From Anaerolineae bacterium (GTDB lineage Bacteria > Chloroflexota > Anaerolineae > Fen-1058), in contig DATDPU010000148.1 in the NCBI GenBank assembly GCA_035292585.1, positions 4,097 to 68,096 on the forward strand: 64,000 nucleotides of DNA. Reading direction: 5' to 3'. Each line of letters begins with the position of its first letter. Within the stretch, counting starts at the first letter, position 1. Below the pieces are notes generated by a model. It had not been told where the DNA came from and made no database searches. It worked only from the letters and a program-made list of their open reading frames with translations. Below, in pieces: positions 1-8,201 of the stretch. The position numbers and the translations under genes were made by a program.

Positions 1-894
1 CGGCAATGGAATAACCTCGCAACCATCTTGGATCGCATCGAGTTATTCGAAGGCAACATCTGCGACATGGATACCGTTCGCCAGGCAGTGACGGGCGTCC
101 AATATGTCCTGCACCTTGCCGCCCTGACGTCCGTGCCGGAGTCAGTTGCTCACCCGGAACACAATCTGGCGAGCAACGTTATCGGCACACACAACATATT
201 AGTGGCGGCTCGGGAGGCAGCCGTGCGCCGCGTGGTCTTCTCCTCCTCCTGCGCCGTCTACGGCGATCAGGCTTCTCCTCACCACGAGGGGCTGGCTCCA
301 CGCGCGCTCTCCCCCTACGCGGCCGCCAAGCTCAGCGGCGAGCAGCTCTGCCGTTCGTTCACGCACGTGTATGGGCTGCCGACGGTCTGTCTGCGGTACT
401 TCAACGTGTTCGGCCCCGGTCAGAACCCGTTTGGCAGCTATGCCGCGGTCATCCCCCAGTTCATCATGATGCTGCTCCGCGGCCAACGACCCGTGATCTA
501 CGGTGACGGTCGTCAGGCGCGCGATTTCGTTTACGTCGATGATGTCGTCAAGGCCAACCTGCTCGCGTGTAGCGCGGAGGCAGTAGTCGGCGGTGAATTC
601 AATGTCGGGACCGGGCAAGAGACCAGTATCCTCGACTTACTGACGGCGCTGAAGGATGGTCTGCAAGTTAAATCCAGGCCGATTTTCGCCCCGGCGCGTG
701 TCGGCGATATCGTTCGATCGTATGGCGATATCTCGCGTGCGCGCACCCTGCTGGGATACCGACCCAGTGTCGGACTGGCTGAAGGGCTGCGCGAAACATT
801 TCAGTGGTATCGCGAACAAGGCGCACGCTTTTGGGTGCAGGCGAAAGAAAATGCGCCACAGGCTTTCTCGCCACGCCCCTCTCTGGCATATTAG
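1..894 (+). CDS. NAD-dependent sugar epimerase/dehydratase (extended SDR), 5' end outside window
   Basis: Frame 1 is open from nt 1. SDR catalytic YAAAK (YxxxK) plus epimerase blocks RYFNVFGPGQ and DGRQARDFVYVDD. The Rossmann GxxGxxG N-terminus is missing, so the gene starts upstream of the window. Confidence 0.85.
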   Translation, partial: RQWNNLATILDRIELFEGNICDMDTVRQAVTGVQYVLHLAALTSVPESVAHPEHNLASNVIGTHNILVAAREAAVRRVVFSSSCAVYGDQASPHHEGLAPRALSPYAAAKLSGEQLCRSFTHVYGLPTVCLRYFNVFGPGQNPFGSYAAVIPQFIMMLLRGQRPVIYGDGRQARDFVYVDDVVKANLLACSAEAVVGGEFNVGTGQETSILDLLTALKDGLQVKSRPIFAPARVGDIVRSYGDISRARTLLGYRPSVGLAEGLRETFQWYREQGARFWVQAKENAPQAFSPRPSLAY

Positions 895-897
895 GAG

Positions 898-976
898 CTC
901 ACCTTACGCCGCCGCCGTTCAACTTCGCTCGAAGCCCGCGTCCGCGCGGTCGGGGAGCCAACGGCGTAAGGTGAGT
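898..976 (+). repeat. REP-A element, short (79-bp) variant with terminal inverted repeat CTCACCTTACGC...GCGTAAGGTGAG
   Basis: The arms are exact reverse complements. The interior (GAAGCCCGCGTCCGCGCGG..TCGGGGAGC) is shared with the copies at 2648-2826 and 53491-53620 (inverted). Confidence 0.75.
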
Positions 977-989
977 TAGGAGTACGGGA

Positions 990-2618
990 ATGAACGACTT
1001 TGCAGATCTGCGTGTCTATACCGCCATTGTCTTAAGACAGTGGTGGTTGCTGGTTCTGGCCGCAGTGGCCGGAGCAGCGATTGGCTTTGCAGTCAGTCAA
1101 GGGCAACCCCGCATTTACCAGGCGGCCACGACGCTCATCGTCGGCCAATCGATTCAGGCTACTCAACTGGATAGCCGGGACCTGCTGACCAGTGAACAGC
1201 TGGCCCAGACCTATGCCGAGATTGCCCGGCGCCAGCCGGTTTTGCAAAGTGTGGTCGATGCGCTGGGTTTGAACGTCACCTGGACCGCCCTGAAAGGGCG
1301 GGTGAAAATCAAGCTCATCGAAGGCACGCAGCTGCTCGAAATCCGGGCGGAGGCGAACGTTCCAGAGGAGGCGGCGCGTATCGCGGATGAAGTCGCCCGC
1401 CAGTTGATTCTTCTCAGCCCCACGGCCAACGTGCAAAACCAGGAGGACGAGAACCAGAACTTCGTGCGCCAGCAGCTCGATAGCTTGCAGACGAAAATCG
1501 AAGGGGGACAGGCAAAGTTACTTGAGCTGGAGGCTATGCTCGCCGATGCCCTGTTGACAAACCGACCAGCCGTAACCCCGACGCTGCAAACTGATCCCGT
1601 CCAATCCCTTCAGGTTGAGATTAGCGCCCTGGAGCGCCTGCTTGCCGATTGGCAGGCCAACTATGCGCAGCTGCTGACCTTCACCGAGGCTAAAACTTCG
1701 TCCAACTTCCTGTCGGTCATCGAGCCGGCCCAACTCGACGGTTCTGCCACTCGCCCTAATGTTCGGTTGAATTCCGCCCTGGCCGGGGTGATAGGCTTCA
1801 TTCTGGTTTTCGGTGTGATCGTTGTGCGCGTGTACCTGAGCGACGTGTTCATGTCGAGCGACGATCTGAGCCAATTCCTGGATTTAGCTTATCTGGGCGC
1901 TGTCAGCCGCATTCGAGGCAGGCATTATCAGCACAAGCTGATCACGTGGCGTGAGCCTTTCGCGCCCGCTTCGGAAGCCTATCGGATCATCCGCAGCAAC
2001 ATCCAGTTCATGTCTGCTGTTCAGCCCTCCAAATCCATCATGATCACCAGCCCCACTCCCGGTGAAGGCAAAAGTATCACCGCAGCAAACCTGGCCGTGG
2101 TGATAGCTCAAGCCGGCTTCAAAACCATTATCGTGGACGCCGACCTGAGACGGCCCGTGCAGCATAGGATTTTCGCAGTGCCCAACCGGGAAGGGCTGTC
2201 CGATCTGTTGTGCGCGCCCGGCCCCGAACTCAACGGGCACCTCCAGAGTACCGGCATCGAGAACCTGAGCGTGATCACCAGCGGGACGCCACCGACGACG
2301 AACCCGTCGGAGCTGTTGAGCTCGCAGTATATGGGCCGGCTGGCAAGCCGGTTGAATCAGATCGCCGATGTCATCATTTTTGATGTGCCGCCGACGCTGG
2401 TTGTAGCCGACGCCGCGGTTTTGTCCATTCAGGTAGATAGTGTGGTGATGGTGATTGAGGCCGGGCGGACTCGCCGTGACGTTGCCAGGCAAGCGATGTC
2501 GAACCTGCGGCAGGCCGGCGCGCGATTGTTAGGAGGCGTGCTGAACGGTGTCCTGGATACTCGGCGGACCGGCTACTATTCTGGCGCGCGAGCAATCAAG
2601 GCGAAAAGCCCGCAGTGA
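990..2618 (+). CDS. Wzz-type chain-length determinant fused to BY-kinase (Wzc/EpsD-like tyrosine autokinase)
   Basis: N-terminal TM helix, coiled periplasmic segment, then a second TM helix. C-terminal P-loop with Walker A SPTPGEGKS, Walker A' IIVDADLRRP and Walker B VIIFDVPP. AGGAG lies upstream of the ATG. Only a weak C-terminal Tyr cluster (GYYSG). Confidence 0.85.
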   Translation: MNDFADLRVYTAIVLRQWWLLVLAAVAGAAIGFAVSQGQPRIYQAATTLIVGQSIQATQLDSRDLLTSEQLAQTYAEIARRQPVLQSVVDALGLNVTWTALKGRVKIKLIEGTQLLEIRAEANVPEEAARIADEVARQLILLSPTANVQNQEDENQNFVRQQLDSLQTKIEGGQAKLLELEAMLADALLTNRPAVTPTLQTDPVQSLQVEISALERLLADWQANYAQLLTFTEAKTSSNFLSVIEPAQLDGSATRPNVRLNSALAGVIGFILVFGVIVVRVYLSDVFMSSDDLSQFLDLAYLGAVSRIRGRHYQHKLITWREPFAPASEAYRIIRSNIQFMSAVQPSKSIMITSPTPGEGKSITAANLAVVIAQAGFKTIIVDADLRRPVQHRIFAVPNREGLSDLLCAPGPELNGHLQSTGIENLSVITSGTPPTTNPSELLSSQYMGRLASRLNQIADVIIFDVPPTLVVADAAVLSIQVDSVVMVIEAGRTRRDVARQAMSNLRQAGARLLGGVLNGVLDTRRTGYYSGARAIKAKSPQ

Positions 2619-2647
2619 CGCTGGTGATGACCCGCTACGCATTCTTA

Positions 2648-2826
2648 CTCACTCACCTTACGCCGCCGCCACCGGTCAAATCCTGCTCGAAGCCCGCGTC
2701 CACGCGGGCGTTGGTGGTTCCGAACCGACCGCGACGGAGCACCCCCTCCGCTGCGCTACGGGGGCTATAGTGCACCCGCCGCAGGCGGGTGGGACGCGGT
2801 CGGGGAGCAAACTGCGTAAGGTGAGT
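2648..2826 (+). repeat. REP-A element, long (179-bp) variant
   Basis: Same termini (CTCACTCACCTTACGCC ... CTGCGTAAGGTGAGT) as 898-976, with about 100 bp of extra GC-rich hairpin-forming interior. Confidence 0.75.
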
Positions 2827-2908
2827 TATTAATCCGGGCGCGCCGAAAAGTAGTGAAGCGTTTTAGGGTTGAACCCTTGCATCTGCTGGTGACCGGGAGA
2901 CCGCCGTA

Positions 2909-4318
2909 ATGGTGACAAGACAATGGGGTCGGCGGAACAGTCATAAGCCGCTGACTGATCCCAGCGACCTTTCGGAAGCAGGCCAGTCGCCTTTGTCAAG
3001 GCGACTCATAATGATCTGGCTGGTGGGCACGCTGGTCCTATTGCCAGTGGATCTTATTTCGTTGCCGCTCAATATGAACCTGGTGGATTTTTGGATCTTG
3101 ATGGGGCTGCCTATTCTTGTGTTATCTTTTACCCGCGCGCATCACGTCATAAGTTTTCCTTACACGATTGCCATATGGATTATTTTGCTTGCCAGTTTCG
3201 CCAGCACCTTTGCCGCTCCGGCCCCACAGAACAGCCTGGCGGTTATCGTGAAGGAGGTCTATGTATATATTTGGTTTGTCACGCTAACGGCGATTCTTGC
3301 CAAACTAAACGCCAGGGACTTGCGTCGCATACTGGTCGTTTGGAGTGGGATGGTGTTTGTGCATGGGTTCGTGATTGTGGCTCAATTCGTATCGCCAGAT
3401 TTCTGGCGGCTCACGGCTAGACTTGCCGGAAGTCTAAAGGACTTTGAAATTTACCGTCCCTCCGGTTTGTTCGTGAATGCCAATTCGGCCGCTATTTTCC
3501 AATTGCTTGGTTTTGTACCGCTCGTGCTGGCGAGTCCTTCCAGAAAAAGAGCTATGATCTTAGGGACAGTGTTATTGCTCACGATGCTGGCTACAGGCTC
3601 GATGGGTGCAGCCGTGGCATTCACGGCCGGCCTGGCCGTCGCCATACTGGCAATCTTCTTGAGTGGACACCTGGCCCTTATCCTCAAGATGTTTGTGCGG
3701 TCAGCTATCGCTATCGCGCTTCTCGGAGGGTTACTCTACCTCGTTGTCAGCCGCAATGAGCGCTTTCAGGAGCACATCGAACGCATTCTGGTTGGACGCG
3801 CTGATCGATCATCCGAAGGGCGCTTTGACCTGTGGCAGCGAGGACTCGACGCGTTTCTTGACCAAAACACGTTCTTGTGGGGCGTTGGCCCGGAGAATTT
3901 CAGGGAGGTGGACCCGGCGGAGACAGACAATCAGTTACACAATGATTTGCTGGCTTTCTCAGTGGAGCGCGGATTGTTAGGCGCTCTGGGTTTGGCGCTA
4001 TTTGCCGTAATCGCCGTGAGCAGAGCGGCCTATATGGTGGTGATACGTAATAAATATCCGGCTCGGGCGCAACTCACCGTCGTCGTTTTCCTGGCAGCCA
4101 GTATAGCGGCCAGCGTCGAATCGCTAACCCATCAGGTTTTCCATTTTCGTGAATTGTGGTTGGTCTTGGCCTTCCAAGAGGCCATGCTCTATCGGATGAC
4201 CATTTCCGAAAGTGGGGTGAAATCAACGCTTCGCCCGCGGTACGCGACGCCAAACCCGCGGCCTGGGCTTGTCGTACAGCCGCATGTTATCGAGGATAGG
4301 TTACATCTTGCAGATTGA
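2909..4318 (+). CDS. O-antigen ligase/polymerase family membrane protein (Wzy-like)
   Basis: About 10 predicted TM helices. Wzy_C-type loop with DRSSEGRFDLWQ ... NQLHNDLLAFSVERGLLG. AT-richer than neighbouring genes. The start may lie downstream (MIWLVG). Confidence 0.7.
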   Translation: MVTRQWGRRNSHKPLTDPSDLSEAGQSPLSRRLIMIWLVGTLVLLPVDLISLPLNMNLVDFWILMGLPILVLSFTRAHHVISFPYTIAIWIILLASFASTFAAPAPQNSLAVIVKEVYVYIWFVTLTAILAKLNARDLRRILVVWSGMVFVHGFVIVAQFVSPDFWRLTARLAGSLKDFEIYRPSGLFVNANSAAIFQLLGFVPLVLASPSRKRAMILGTVLLLTMLATGSMGAAVAFTAGLAVAILAIFLSGHLALILKMFVRSAIAIALLGGLLYLVVSRNERFQEHIERILVGRADRSSEGRFDLWQRGLDAFLDQNTFLWGVGPENFREVDPAETDNQLHNDLLAFSVERGLLGALGLALFAVIAVSRAAYMVVIRNKYPARAQLTVVVFLAASIAASVESLTHQVFHFRELWLVLAFQEAMLYRMTISESGVKSTLRPRYATPNPRPGLVVQPHVIEDRLHLAD

Positions 4319-4322
4319 ACTC

Positions 4323-5099
4323 ATGGGTTGCACGAGCGCCGGAAAGTCTACCCTGACCCGAAGCATACTTCAGGTCTGCCGCGAGCAAGGGGTTGACGTT
4401 TTTCGGCGTGACGATTTTGTACTCAAGCAAATCCGGTTGAATGGGATCAAAGGCCATCTGCCGCGAACGCTCCTGGTGGATGCGCTGGCCTTATTTGCCT
4501 GCTTGCTGACCTGGCGCAACAATCTCAAGTTCTATCGTTTTGCGACTCGACTTCTTTTTCAGTTGCCCATCGCCCTGTTTGATAAACTCAATTTGCTCAG
4601 AAACGTTCTCAAGAAGATAGGCATCCACGAAATCATCCGTTTCCGCAGCACCGACCAGCAGGTCATCCTGGTGGATGAGGGTGTTTTGCAAGCAGCTCAT
4701 AATCTCTTTGTGCATAGCGCTGTCCAGGTGGAAATGGAACACTTAGCGACTTTTGTCAGGTTAATACCGTTTCCAGATGTGATCGTTTACATCCGGCCGC
4801 CTGAATCACGATTGATCGACCGAACAATGATCCGGGGACACAAGCGCATTCCAGACCGCTCTTATAACAACGTAGTCCGTTTTGTCAAACAGGCCGTGGC
4901 TACTTTTGATCAACTGGCACAAAATCCCAGCGTTGAGAGCAGGTTGGTGGTTGTCGATGGCGGACCGGCTGTCGCCTTTGCCGCAAGCTGTCAAGACGAC
5001 CCAAAATTCAATCTCGCTCTAAGACTCATTCGAACGGGTGTCACCGCTGGCATGACCAATACTTTCACCGAAACTACCCCGCGCGAGGCCTACACATGA
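4323..5099 (+). CDS. P-loop NTPase/kinase-like protein of unknown function
   Basis: Walker A GCTSAGKST at the extreme N-terminus and a Walker B-like VILVDEG. In-frame TTG 4308 is an alternative start. The stop overlaps the next start (ATGA at 5096). Confidence 0.6.
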   Translation: MGCTSAGKSTLTRSILQVCREQGVDVFRRDDFVLKQIRLNGIKGHLPRTLLVDALALFACLLTWRNNLKFYRFATRLLFQLPIALFDKLNLLRNVLKKIGIHEIIRFRSTDQQVILVDEGVLQAAHNLFVHSAVQVEMEHLATFVRLIPFPDVIVYIRPPESRLIDRTMIRGHKRIPDRSYNNVVRFVKQAVATFDQLAQNPSVESRLVVVDGGPAVAFAASCQDDPKFNLALRLIRTGVTAGMTNTFTETTPREAYT

Positions 5100-7234
5100 A
5101 GAAGCTTGCAGCTCTTTTCCTACTCGTCTCATTCGCCTGGGCTTCAACCGCCCTGGCCCAAAACACCTTCACCTTTACGGCCGTCGCCGACGCGCGGGTG
5201 CTGGAGTCGAACCCGACCACCAACTATGGCGCCCTGAGTCGGCTCGACGTGGATAGCCCCGGCCAAGAAAGCTACCTCCGCTTCACGGTGAGCGGGGTGA
5301 GCGGCGCGGTGCAGAGCGCCACGCTGCGGCTGTTCGTGAGCAGCGGCTCGACGAATGGGCCCTCGCTGTATCGCACCAGCGAGAGTTGGACGGAAACCGG
5401 GCTTACCTGGAACAATCGGCCGGCGCCCACCAGCGGGGCGATTGCCGACGTCGACGCGATGGTGTCCAATGGCTGGGCAGAGTACAACGTCACCGCGCAG
5501 GTCACCGGCAATGGCACGTACAGTTTTGTGTTGTTGCCCGACAGCACCGACGGCGTCAGGTTCGAGTCACGCGAAGGGAGTCCTCCGCCGCAGCTGGTGC
5601 TGACCTTCGCTTCCGGGCCGACGCCCACGCCAACTCATACGCCGATTCCACCCACGCCGACCAATACGCCGACTAACACGTCAGTGCCGCCGACGCCGAC
5701 GCCGACCAATACGCCGACTAACACGTCAGTGCCGCCGACGCCGACACCGACCAACACACCAAGCAATACGCCGACACCAGGGCCTACTGCCACGCCGACC
5801 AACACGCCGCTTCCGCCAACGCTGACTAACACGCCGACAAATACGCCCACACTCACGCCCACGCCCATCAGCACGGCGGTCAGCCTGGCGCCTGTGGCCG
5901 ACGCGCGGGTGCTGGAGTCGAACCCGACCACCAACTACGGCGCCCTGAGTCGGCTCGACGTGGATAGCCCCGGCCAAGAAAGCTACCTCCGCTTCACGGT
6001 AACCGGGGTAAGCGGCGCGGTGCAGAGCGCCACGCTACGGCTGTTCGTGAGCAACGGCTCGACGAATGGGCCATCGCTGTACCGCACCAGCGACAGTTGG
6101 ACGGAGACCGGGCTTACCTGGAACAATCGGCCGGCGCCCACCAGCGGGGCGATTGCCGACGTCGGCGCGATGGTGTCCAATAGCTGGGCGGAGTACAACG
6201 TCACCGCGCAGGTTACCGGCAATGGCACGTACAGTTTTGTGTTGTTGCCCGACAGCACGGACGGCGTGACCATCAACTCACGCGAAGGGAGCTCTCCGCC
6301 GCAGCTGGTGCTGACCTTCGCTTCCGGGCCGACGCCCACGCCAACTCATACGTCGACGCCAGGCCCCACTAATACGCCGACCAATACGTCAACGCCAGGA
6401 CCTTCTCCGACGCCGACCAACACACCAGTTTCTGGGGGCGTGGTATTCGTCGGGGCAGGAGATATCGCGGACTGTAGTCGGGTGCAGGACGAACAGACGG
6501 CTCAGTTGCTCGATAATATCCCGGGTGCCGTGTACACCGTCGGGGATAATGCCTACCCCAGTGGCTCGGCTGCTAACTTCAACAACTGTTATGAGCCTAC
6601 CTGGGGCCGTCATAAGGCCCGGACCCGTCCAGCCGTCGGCGATAATGAATACTCTACTTCTGGGGCCTCAGGCCATTTCAATTACTTTGGTGCGGCCGCG
6701 GGTAACCCGAATGAAGGCTATTACAGCTATAACGTTGGCAGTTGGCACATCATCGTCCTCAACAGCAATTGTTCACAGGTTGGCGGCTGTCGCCCGAATG
6801 ACCCCCAGGGACAATGGCTTCAAGCTGACTTGGCGGCGAATCCGAGCGTGTGTACCCTGGCCATATTTCACGAGCCGCTGTTCAGCTCAAAGGGTGGTGA
6901 TGCAGACCTGCGAGATTTTTGGGCGCCACTCTACGGGGCCGGCGCAGAAATCGTTCTGGGCGGTCACCGCCATATGTATGAGCGCTTCGCCCAGCAAAAC
7001 CCGGATGGGGCGGCGGATCCGGGGCGCGGCATTCGTCAATTCGTGGTGGGCACGGGTGGCTCGAGCCTTACCTCCTCTCCCAGTTCAGTTGCCCCCAACA
7101 GTCAGGTCAGAAACAACACGACTTATGGTGTTCTGAAGTTCACGCTGCATCCCAGCAGCTACGACTGGCAGTTCATTCCCATCGCCGGCCAGACGTTTAC
7201 CGATTCAGGAAGCGCCCAGTGTGTGACGCCATAG
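5096..7234 (+). CDS. Secreted protein: 2 x DNRLRE/CBM96-like domain, PT linkers, C-terminal calcineurin-like metallophosphoesterase
   Basis: Signal peptide MKKLAALFLLVSFAWASTALA. Two DNRLRE-type units (VADARVLESNPTTNYG..LRLFV..WTETGLTWNNRP). Metallophosphoesterase motifs GDIADC, GDNAY, HEPLFSS, GGHRHMYERF. Confidence 0.8.
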   Translation: MKKLAALFLLVSFAWASTALAQNTFTFTAVADARVLESNPTTNYGALSRLDVDSPGQESYLRFTVSGVSGAVQSATLRLFVSSGSTNGPSLYRTSESWTETGLTWNNRPAPTSGAIADVDAMVSNGWAEYNVTAQVTGNGTYSFVLLPDSTDGVRFESREGSPPPQLVLTFASGPTPTPTHTPIPPTPTNTPTNTSVPPTPTPTNTPTNTSVPPTPTPTNTPSNTPTPGPTATPTNTPLPPTLTNTPTNTPTLTPTPISTAVSLAPVADARVLESNPTTNYGALSRLDVDSPGQESYLRFTVTGVSGAVQSATLRLFVSNGSTNGPSLYRTSDSWTETGLTWNNRPAPTSGAIADVGAMVSNSWAEYNVTAQVTGNGTYSFVLLPDSTDGVTINSREGSSPPQLVLTFASGPTPTPTHTSTPGPTNTPTNTSTPGPSPTPTNTPVSGGVVFVGAGDIADCSRVQDEQTAQLLDNIPGAVYTVGDNAYPSGSAANFNNCYEPTWGRHKARTRPAVGDNEYSTSGASGHFNYFGAAAGNPNEGYYSYNVGSWHIIVLNSNCSQVGGCRPNDPQGQWLQADLAANPSVCTLAIFHEPLFSSKGGDADLRDFWAPLYGAGAEIVLGGHRHMYERFAQQNPDGAADPGRGIRQFVVGTGGSSLTSSPSSVAPNSQVRNNTTYGVLKFTLHPSSYDWQFIPIAGQTFTDSGSAQCVTP

Positions 7235-7289
7235 CCCAACCGGACGCCGGCGGCCAAATGACGACGCGGCGGACAAGAAAGGTAGCGAG

Positions 7290-8198
7290 ATGTCAAGCGA
7301 ACTGAAGCCACCCATTATCATTCTTGGCAACACGCGTTCAGGCACGACGATCGTGCAGAGGGTAATCGCCACGCATCCGGATATCGTGGAATGGTATGAG
7401 CCTCGCACCCTGTGGCTCTATGCCGATCCTGGAAGACGACACGATGAGTTCGACGAAAGGGACGCGACCGACAAAGTCAAACGGTATATCCGGGAACAAT
7501 TTCTGAAGTATCAGAAGCAGCACGGAAATTGCGTGGTCATGGAAAAGACGCCCGCAAATATTCTGAAAATTCCGTACGTGCGGGCGATCTTCCCTGAGGC
7601 GACCTACCTTTTCATGGTCAGGAATCCTTTTTCCTTTATCAGTTCCGTTGAGATGAAGTGGCAGGCCAATACTGTCTCAAGCAAGGGAATCGGCCGGCGT
7701 CTGAGGTCTACGCCCATCATCCAACTGCATCACTATGCCAGCCGCCTGATCATGCAACATCTCGAAAAACGAGTCTTGCGGCGCAAGTACCTGTCACTTT
7801 GGGGCCCGCGCTACCAGGGCATGGATCAGGACCTGAAAACGCACGATCTTCTAACGGTCATCGCCAGGCAGTGGTCTGTATGTTCGAGCCAGGCCGAGCA
7901 GGCTCTGGCCCGGTTTGATACCGGCCAGGTGTTGCGGTTAAGATACGAGGACTTTGTAGCAGACCCGATCTCCGACCTGGAGCGCATCTGCGCCCACTGC
8001 GGGTTGGCGATGACCCCCGACATGGTGAAGGCCGCAAACGAGTGGGTCAAACCCGATCGACAACTTAAATGGCAGCGGTTTGATCCGCGCGACCTGGCCC
8101 GAATTCTTCCAGAGATTAGCGACGAGATGCAGCGACACGGCTACGAAGTTCCCCCGGAGATTGCCCAGGCCATACGGCTGAGCGAACCTGTGAGGTAA
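7290..8198 (+). CDS. Sulfotransferase family protein
   Basis: 5'-PSB loop ILGNTRSGTTIV and a 3'-PB-like VRNPFSFISS, the PAPS-binding motifs of cytosolic-type sulfotransferases. Confidence 0.8.
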   Translation: MSSELKPPIIILGNTRSGTTIVQRVIATHPDIVEWYEPRTLWLYADPGRRHDEFDERDATDKVKRYIREQFLKYQKQHGNCVVMEKTPANILKIPYVRAIFPEATYLFMVRNPFSFISSVEMKWQANTVSSKGIGRRLRSTPIIQLHHYASRLIMQHLEKRVLRRKYLSLWGPRYQGMDQDLKTHDLLTVIARQWSVCSSQAEQALARFDTGQVLRLRYEDFVADPISDLERICAHCGLAMTPDMVKAANEWVKPDRQLKWQRFDPRDLARILPEISDEMQRHGYEVPPEIAQAIRLSEPVR

Positions 8199-8201
8199 AC
8201 C

